From Rhynchopus sp. YZ270_cl-10 (taxonomy: Eukaryota), in assembly GCA_964035575.1 (NCBI GenBank), contig OZ037843.1, positions 1,302,001 to 1,366,000 of the forward strand: a stretch of DNA of 64,000 nt. Direction: 5' to 3'. The translations under genes were made by a program, and so were the position numbers. The notes below the pieces were generated by a model. The model had not been told where the DNA came from. It worked only from the letters and a program-made list of their open reading frames with translations, and searched no databases. Position 1 is the stretch's first letter; every line of letters starts with the position of its first letter. Shown here piece after piece: positions 56,486 to 64,000 of this stretch.

Positions 56486-59095
56486 ATGGTGTCATGCGGG
56501 ATCCAGTCGCTGACAATGCTGCTGTGTGTGGTGCTGATTCTGTCGACAGGTGCGATCATCGGTGGCTTCACTCTGTCAACATGGGACGACCTTCTGGAGA
56601 AGGCACGTGACACAGGTGACGAGGGCTTCGGGATGTGTCTCGACAGTGGTACGGCGGACATCGAAACGGTCTCGGCACGCTACCTGCGTTCTGTTCTTGG
56701 CAACGTGGACACAGCAGTGAAGGAGTACCTGAAGGTGCCTGAGCAGCTCGTATTCTCTCTGGCGAACCTGGCGAAGGCACACCACCCAAACGTCAGCACG
56801 AGCCCCGACTTTGCTAATATAATGCGTCCTGCAGTCATGTCTGCTTACAAGGCTGGGATGGCTGCTGGCCTTCTCCAGATCGGTCACGAAACGTACCCGT
56901 GGTGTGCGGCACATCCTGTTCCGTGGAAGAGGGGTGACGGGTTTGCAGGGTGGGGCTCGCAGTTCTCGCATTTTGTGAATAATGATGCGAGAGGGCTGCC
57001 TCCGACAAATGGCACGAAAATCTTCATGGTGCTCGAGACACGTGACCACATAACGATGTCTCATGGACTGGGTGACTGGGCGCTCTACACGGAAGTCGAC
57101 GCGCTAGGAAACTACAAGTACGGCTCTGAGCCATGCACACTGCGTCCTGACTACAACAAAGGCGAAGTGCATGGGATGTGCATATTCCCCTTAGAGGTGA
57201 CTGCACTTCCGGGCGACCCGATGGTTGCCCAGCGTGGGAGACAGATGTACTACCTGGCTGCCGACGAGCCACCACTCAACCCTGCAGACACGCTTGTCTA
57301 CTCACGCATGACACTACAGTGGGGTGTCATGATATGGGAGCTCACGTACACGTACACCCACCCAGATATGTACACGATGTACCCCAAGCAGGGCAAGCGT
57401 GTGGGTGCTGTAGTTGCCACCGTGACTGCAGACGGAGTGACCGACGTGGTGCGTGCACAGCTGCTCCCGAAGGACACGTCGCTGTACTTGGTGGAGGACG
57501 ACCGTGTGTCTGGATCAGTGGGGACAGTTGTCGCGTACAACAGAGGACGGCACACAATGACTGTGCCCGTGCTAAGCCAACTGGGCCTCTGGGCGGACAC
57601 TGCAGTTAGCATCAACATAACGAACCACTCGATGGAAGACGCAACGTCGCACATCCCCTCAGTGATTGCAGAGCACGGGCGGTTTGTGTTCACACACCCG
57701 CAGAACTACAGAGACCTTGTGGAGAAGACAGAGGACTCCTTCCTGAAGTGGTCTGACTCGAACGGCACGGAGTTCTGGACAATCACGTCGACAATTGAAC
57801 ACAGAACGATCCTGTGGTATTCAACCCTTCTTGTGCCTCGGGCGTCTGTGATGGATACGATTGATGCGTCGACGAATGCAATCCGTGCGAAGGTGGCATC
57901 AGATCTGTCCTCTGCAGACGCACAGAAGGAGGATGCGGTGACTGTGATGGCGATTGTGACGGCTGTTGCGGTGATCGGACTTCTTGCCATTGCTGTTGTG
58001 TTCACACGCTACATCACGTCACCTCTGCTGAAGCTTGGGAGTGAGATGGCAAGTGTGGCTGTGATGGACCTGGAGGCTGTGGACACGGGCCGTGCAGTGT
58101 CGCAGCTGAGTGAAGTCGGGATGATGCAGCGCAGCTTTGTTACCATGGTGGCGAACCTGGTGGAGTACCGGAACTACATGCCGCAGAGTGTGCTTGTCAA
58201 CGACAGCGACAAAGAGGAAGTGTCAGAGACGGATTCTACACAGGATATGAAGTCGCAGTCAGGCTTGTCTAATTCACGTGCGTCACCTAGTACAGTTGTT
58301 ACGATGCAGAACCAGAAGGCACTGCTGCGTGTGGAAGGGATGAAGAAGAAGAAGGTGTCGCTGGCACACATGAACGTCGTGTCGTGGCACGCCTTCTGCA
58401 AGAAGCGCAAGGACGCAGAGGTGCTCTCCGCACACGCAGGTGTGATTGAGAGGATCCTGACAGCAGTGCAGCACAACAAGGGTGTGTGCGACACGTTTGC
58501 TGGGGACAAGATGCTTGCCACCTTCAACGCCTTTGTTCCGAAGTCGTCACACAGTGTTGCCTGTGTGAAGGCTGCACACGAAGCAGCAACAGCACTTGGT
58601 GATGTGCACACGATCTCGTATGGGTGCACGACAGGCGAGGCACGTGTCGGGAACATGGGTTGCAACGGGATGAAGAAGGTGTCGATTCTTTCGCAGTCCA
58701 TGTCGTGGGTGGTTGTGCTTGAGCGTTGGAACAAGAAGGAGAACCTGCACGGTGTCATCGACCGCAACGTGTCACGTGAGGCGGAGGGACAGGTGGTGCT
58801 CCGTTGTGCAGGTGCTGTGCTGTTCGAGAAGTTCAGTGAGAAGGTGCAGACTGTGTTTGCTGTGAAGGGTCTGTGCAGCAGCGAAAACGAGGAGTGGATG
58901 TACCAGCTGGAGTCGTCCTCAAACAACCCGCACGCACTGTGGAACGAGGTCTTCGAGCACATCATCAAACAGGACTTTGAGAAGGCGTCTTCTCTGCTGG
59001 ACAGCGTCGCTCAGGACCAACGCACACCTTACGAAACACTTTTGGGCTATGTGGAGGCGAAGGCTTATGCACCGTTCGTTGTGCACTTACACTGA
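56486..59095 (+). CDS. Receptor-type cyclase-like protein, copy 5, 869 aa
   Basis: Intact paralog with a strongly divergent ectodomain. Confidence 0.9.
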   Translation: MVSCGIQSLTMLLCVVLILSTGAIIGGFTLSTWDDLLEKARDTGDEGFGMCLDSGTADIETVSARYLRSVLGNVDTAVKEYLKVPEQLVFSLANLAKAHHPNVSTSPDFANIMRPAVMSAYKAGMAAGLLQIGHETYPWCAAHPVPWKRGDGFAGWGSQFSHFVNNDARGLPPTNGTKIFMVLETRDHITMSHGLGDWALYTEVDALGNYKYGSEPCTLRPDYNKGEVHGMCIFPLEVTALPGDPMVAQRGRQMYYLAADEPPLNPADTLVYSRMTLQWGVMIWELTYTYTHPDMYTMYPKQGKRVGAVVATVTADGVTDVVRAQLLPKDTSLYLVEDDRVSGSVGTVVAYNRGRHTMTVPVLSQLGLWADTAVSINITNHSMEDATSHIPSVIAEHGRFVFTHPQNYRDLVEKTEDSFLKWSDSNGTEFWTITSTIEHRTILWYSTLLVPRASVMDTIDASTNAIRAKVASDLSSADAQKEDAVTVMAIVTAVAVIGLLAIAVVFTRYITSPLLKLGSEMASVAVMDLEAVDTGRAVSQLSEVGMMQRSFVTMVANLVEYRNYMPQSVLVNDSDKEEVSETDSTQDMKSQSGLSNSRASPSTVVTMQNQKALLRVEGMKKKKVSLAHMNVVSWHAFCKKRKDAEVLSAHAGVIERILTAVQHNKGVCDTFAGDKMLATFNAFVPKSSHSVACVKAAHEAATALGDVHTISYGCTTGEARVGNMGCNGMKKVSILSQSMSWVVVLERWNKKENLHGVIDRNVSREAEGQVVLRCAGAVLFEKFSEKVQTVFAVKGLCSSENEEWMYQLESSSNNPHALWNEVFEHIIKQDFEKASSLLDSVAQDQRTPYETLLGYVEAKAYAPFVVHLH

Positions 59096-61724
59096 AGTGA
59101 AAGATTTGGCAACAAAATGTACCCCCGACACAATGAATTTTCTTTTCTCTCACTTTCAATGATGTACAGAGCACATTCGTCTTAGGTTTTATTTGTCAGA
59201 GGAGTGGGCACTCTCAGCTTCGCGTTTTGTGACTTTCTTGTTTGTGGTTTCACATTTGACATGTGTACGTGGTGAGTGAGACATGCCCGTTTTTTTTTGA
59301 TAAAACAACTTGTTGTCAATTCTAAAAAGATTGGAGGCAGCGCTGCAGGGCAAACAAAACGGATTGAAAAGGACAGAAGCTCGCTTGTTTCTTTTGAGTC
59401 CTCAATTTACCACAACAACCGTACTTCAGTTTAACACAATTTTTCACCTTTTTGTTTTCCCGGCTTTGAGCGCACAAACAAAAGACCCGATCTTATTTTT
59501 TTTAAATTTCTGCGAAGCTTGCTTTAAAGGAGAACTAGTATTACCGGTACGGTCGCCAATCATCCCTCAAAGAGGGTGATTTGTGCAATCTACGAAAACA
59601 ACTTCACTTCGCTACCCGATCCTACTATTTTTTTAAATAGAACTTTTGTTCTCTGCGTGTAGCATTTTCCTGTTTTCCACACAATATTTGTTTTTAGCTC
59701 GTGTGACTGAGTGTGGGGATGCGTTCAAGAATTAAACTCTTCCCCTCCAAACCCCCTTTTTCATCTCTAGTTTTCTTTATCCAAACGTCGAGTGGACGCG
59801 TAATAATTTTTTAGCTCTCGCCTTGGGTTAATGTTTCTTCTGCGACTTCATCGCGAACTGCACATTCATGGCACCATAACCCCTTTAGTGAATCACTCAT
59901 AACAGAGAAACAATCAGGCACATTTTGTTCGTTATGTCCACCGCCCCTTCTTCCCCTTCGACTGTATGCTAAGCAGAAAAGTTCACGATATTTGTCATTA
60001 TTTTTGAAAGAGTTAGGCAATGTGGTTTACTTTATCAGAACACCACTGATATAACGAAATTTTACGATTGTGTTTTCCTTACCAAACATTCTTTGGCGTG
60101 CGAACAGAAAACACGCCCCAGGTACAACGTTCGGCATAACTTTATGATGTCATATCGTTTGCTACGTACTCTCGAGGTGTACGGAAAAGTAGACGTGGCG
60201 TTCTTGGGTGTTTATTTGTGGTGTTTCAGTCATCTGCAAACCTGGCAGGTGAAACCCATTTGTTGTGACCACTGGACACTCCTCTTGCATGTCAGGTGAA
60301 AGTGGCATCTTTGTCTTAGTTCGATTTTGTTGTTGTGGTTGCTAATAGAGCATTCTTCGGAATCACTGACTTTTTTACACACCATTTTTTGAAAAACTTG
60401 GTCGTATTCATTTCTTTTGTATTTTTGTATTGTGCAGGGTTCGAGGAAGTTGGTTCTTTCGAAATGACCCTGTCTGGGTCCTGAGAATGCTTCCACACAC
60501 CTGGAGCCCTGGTTGTGTTGTGCTTGCAGCGTGCACAGAAGATACAAAGACGGTCGGAAACAACGGGTATACACACTGTTGTGGTCGTGGTCCTTTGTGT
60601 TGCTGCAGGCTGTGCGATTGTGAGGAGCCTCTTGCTGCTCTGTGCTGACGTGGTGTGGTGCACTATTCGTCTGTGTCGAAGGAACATGATGGGGTGCCAC
60701 GCCTTCATAGTACTGTACCTTGGTTCACTAGTGGTGCTATCTTTTGTTTCTTTTCTTGCTTCCTTACTTACCTGTTCCACACATTAGTTTCCCCCTTCTT
60801 TCTTACTTCACCCACACCTCAATCCTCACATACGTGTCTGCAAAGACCCGTGCACCCCTCCGCTCCATATTTGCTCTCGTAGTTTAACAGAAGAACGGGG
60901 TTGGGAATGCTTCATGAAAACGTGACGGCACCACCAGAAAACATTCATTTGTTGCTTCCCCGTTGTGAAAGGCTTTTGCAAATACGTTGCAAAAGAAACA
61001 CAACTAACGATCATAAAAAGCTCACTGTCTCAACCTTCGTGTTTGTCTTTCATTCTTTTGAAGCTTGAAGGATGTGTGTGCACGGGAGGCACGTTCATCT
61101 GTCAAGGCTTCTTTCTTTCCTTTCCTTTGCTGGTATTCTATAAGTTTGCTTCACTATCGTTGATTCATCTTTAGTTTCTGTGTTGTTGACTTTTGGCTTT
61201 CGTGACGGAAGCACCTGGAACACACTGCTTTCTATGGTTCTTAGCTTGCCTAGAGCAAATACAGTCACGATCATCAGCCAACTTGTCTTCAGAACATTGC
61301 TCAGGAAACAAAGGCGCAGGCCGTCAGAGTAGTTTATTCAGTTCGCTTCAGTAGTGTTGACACTCAATAGCGTCACTTTCTGCTATTGACGGTAGTTGTG
61401 TGGGCACTCATTTTAAAGTGCCTTCACAAACGGCCACAGGTAGTCACCCAAAACCACGCCCATCTACAGTAAACATGTTAAGAAGCTTTGTTTCGACTTA
61501 GGAGTCTTTCAAGATAATGACTAATGCTGCACGCCCCTCATGGGCTTACCACTTACGGTTAGTAAGGTTGGAACGAGGATCGATGGGGAACCCAAAAACA
61601 CACAAATCGCACAAAACACACAATTCACAAATCAGAATTTTTTTGTCTTTTGCTTCCCCAGTATCGCCCTCTGTACGTACTCCTCTCATCATCTACGGAA
61701 AAAAGAATCTCCCCCCCCCCCCGC

Positions 61725-62214
61725 CAGACTGCAGACTAAGAAATCATTTAATTAATTACCATCCCCACCCGATTTTTTTTGAAAATGGGCCCCACGTATT
61801 AGTGACCGGGCTCATATTTCCCAAAATCTTCGTGGTCAAAAAATTGCCAATTTTCGAGATTGACCCCACCACTGCACGGGCGGAGCCCAAAAATGCAAAT
61901 AAGGACCCGTTTCCACAACCTTCCTTCTCCCCCCCCTGAAGGGTAACCGAAGCTGAAGTCACTATTACAAACCCGGATTTTGAGGAAATTTTTGGCCGAA
62001 AATGGGCCCAGCTATTAGTGACCGGGCTCATATTTTCCAAAATTTAAGTCATTAAAATTGTGTCCATTTCTTCAGATTGACCCCACCACTGACTGGGATC
62101 GGCTCAAAAATGCAAATAACGGCGTTTTCGACTGTATTGTTTGTTACGAAACCCCGTGCAGACTTGCATTTAATTAATTAATTACCAGACCCCCAATCCT
62201 TAGTCTGCAGACTG
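61725..62214. mobile_element. hAT-like MITE
   Basis: TIR cagactgcagactaag/cttagtctgcagactg (1 mismatch); 8-bp TSD ccccccgc (61717-61724, 62215-62222). Confidence 0.82.
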
Positions 62215-62329
62215 CCCCCCGCGCCCCTTTTTTAGTTTACTTGTATACTCGTCTTTATCTTGTTAACACTCCCAGTATCCACCCCACATACGTCTTGTCT
62301 TGTAGCCTGCCTCCCACACCACATTACAC

Positions 62330-62733
62330 CCGTCCTGGGCTGGACGTTAAATAGCATCCGGGGGAAATTCCACCTAGTGTGACGCCTCCTGAAGTTCTAT
62401 GACGGTTTACCTGAGGATGGAAAGTAGGGGCAGCAGCTCCGGAATGCCAAGACTAGAGCCCTTGGCATGGTGATGGACCCAGGTGAGTGACGCCACCTCC
62501 TCTTCAGCGAGTTGGGGGTCGCAAGGATCACTTAAGATCCTCACTCACCCCGTTGGTATATGATGAGTAACAATTCAAAAGGACACACCAAGCCTAGCCA
62601 CTTCCTCAGTGCCTCAAACTGTTCAAAATGGTCACAGGCGGCACGGCCTTCCGACGTCGGTAGTTTGTGGCTAGACTTTGTAAGTGCGGCCTTGATTTGA
62701 TTAGCACGAATTACCTTCGGGAAACTGATATCA
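62330..62733 (+). mobile_element. Second, internally shorter copy of the SINE-like element at the paralogous site
   Basis: Near-identical to 41896-42390 but lacks ~90 bp; left TSD mutated (accacattacac). Confidence 0.8.
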
Positions 62734-62786
62734 ACCACACCACACATCCCCAGACACTCACTTCCCTTTCTGCACACCTCAGAACA

Positions 62787-64000
62787 ATGGTGTCATGCGG
62801 GATCCAGTCGCTGACAATACTGCTGTGTGTGGTGCTGATTCTGTCGACAGGTGCGATCATCGGTGGCTTCACTCTGTCAACATGGGACGACCTTCTGGAG
62901 AAGGCACGTGACACAGGTGACGAGGGCTTCGGGATGTGTCTCGACAGTGGTACGGCGGACATCGAAACGGTCTCGGCACGCTACCTGCGCTCAGTCCTTG
63001 GCAACGTGGACACGGCAGTGAAGGAGTACCTGAAGGTGCCTGAGCAGCTCGTGGTCTCGATTGCCAACCTGGCGAGGGCACACCACCCAAACGTCAGCAC
63101 GAGCCCCGAATTTTCTCGCACAATAATGCGTCCTGCAGTCATGTCTGCCATGAGGGCTGGGGTGTCGGCTGGGGTGCTCATGATCGGAAACGAGGCGTAC
63201 CCGTGGTGTGCGGCACATCCTGTTCCGTGGAAGAGGGGTGACGGGTTTGCAGGGTGGGGCTCACGCACCTCACACAGGGAACTGAATGCTGCGAGTGGTC
63301 ACGCACCTACTAATGGCACGCAGATTATCTTGCTTCATGAAATGCGCGACCACGTGACGCTGGCAGAGGGACTTTCCGACTGGATCATCGACACAGATAT
63401 TAACCGGATGGGTGACATCAAGTATACCCATCAGCCGTGTAACTTCCAGCCTGACTACAACAAGAACGAGTTGCGTGGACTCTGCAAGTTCCCCGTTTTT
63501 GTCATCGAACCCGAGCACAAGCCAATCTTTGCTCAACGTGGGAGACAGATGTGGTTCCTTCGTGCCGACGAACCAGCACTGCACCCTGTGGACACGCTTG
63601 TCTACTCACGCATGCAGGTGCAGTGGGACTACATGTCGTGGGAGCTGAGCTACACCTACACCCACCCAGATATGTACACGATGTACCCCAAGCAGGGCAA
63701 GCGTGTGGGTGCTGCAGTTGCCACCGTGACTGCAGCTGGAGTGACCGACGTGGTGCGTTCACAGCTGCTCCCGAAGGACACTTCGTTGTACGTGGTGGAG
63801 GACGACCGTGTGTCTGGTTCAGTGGGGATAGTTGTTGCGTACAACAGAGGAAGGCAGGTGACGATGACTATGGTACGCTCCTTTATTGGCACAATGATTG
63901 AAACAGCACACAGCATGAACATAACAAACCACTCGATGGAAGACGCGACGTCACACATCCCCTCAGTGATTGCAGAGCACGGGCGGTTTGTGTTCACACA
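62787..64000 (+). CDS. Receptor-type cyclase-like protein, copy 6 (3'-partial, runs off the window)
   Basis: Manual translation from ATG 62787 is colinear with the paralogs (MVSCGIQSLTILL...PWKRGDGFAGWGS...SWELSYTYTHPDMY). Absent from the ORF track, consistent with no stop before the window end. Confidence 0.88.
   Translation, partial: MVSCGIQSLTILLCVVLILSTGAIIGGFTLSTWDDLLEKARDTGDEGFGMCLDSGTADIETVSARYLRSVLGNVDTAVKEYLKVPEQLVVSIANLARAHHPNVSTSPEFSRTIMRPAVMSAMRAGVSAGVLMIGNEAYPWCAAHPVPWKRGDGFAGWGSRTSHRELNAASGHAPTNGTQIILLHEMRDHVTLAEGLSDWIIDTDINRMGDIKYTHQPCNFQPDYNKNELRGLCKFPVFVIEPEHKPIFAQRGRQMWFLRADEPALHPVDTLVYSRMQVQWDYMSWELSYTYTHPDMYTMYPKQGKRVGAAVATVTAAGVTDVVRSQLLPKDTSLYVVEDDRVSGSVGIVVAYNRGRQVTMTMVRSFIGTMIETAHSMNITNHSMEDATSHIPSVIAEHGRFVFT

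Noticed and set aside
4205..58968. Recurrent ~265-aa antisense ORFs (MMCSKTSFHS...) and 99-aa antisense ORFs
   Set aside because: Shadows of the sense CDS codon bias; they recur only because the genes are near-identical.
62474..62552. HDV-like ribozyme in the SINE-like element
   Set aside because: Helices can be drawn, but there is no J4/2 strand with the catalytic C and no proper P1.1; a simple three-way junction fits better.
1..64000. tRNA, 5S, snRNA genes and telomeric arrays
   Set aside because: None recognised by eye; tRNAscan-SE and Infernal would be needed to exclude them.

Overview
Eukaryotic, transposon-rich window. The host is most likely a euglenozoan such as a diplonemid; this is inferred from intronless co-oriented genes with a polypyrimidine-AG trans-splice acceptor 4 nt before the ATG and from a CRE/SLACS-type retroelement. 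The backbone is a head-to-tail array of six ~870-aa receptor-type class III cyclase-like genes (TM - variable ectodomain - TM - HAMP-like - catalytically degenerate cyclase); the sixth runs off the end. Spacers between copies are homologous, so several insertions can be checked against empty sites in the window. Insertions include hAT-like elements (8-bp TSD), TA-target MITEs, MULE-like elements (9-bp TSD), a piggyBac-like element (TTAA), CAC-terminal elements and a 14.9-kb nested composite. Best leads: (i) a 5'-truncated CRE-clade non-LTR retrotransposon whose RLE endonuclease is followed by an OTU-like protease, a zinc finger and repeated ESGY motifs; (ii) a young TIR element carrying an orphan 359-aa ORF with a hairpin over its start codon; (iii) a hairpin-rich non-coding module conserved inside two unrelated transposons; (iv) a pseudo-cyclase receptor family with block-wise hypervariable ectodomains; (v) related TAC..G satellites at junctions within transposons. 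An LSU rRNA fragment and a structured SINE-like insertion are also present. All calls were made by eye; no searches were run.
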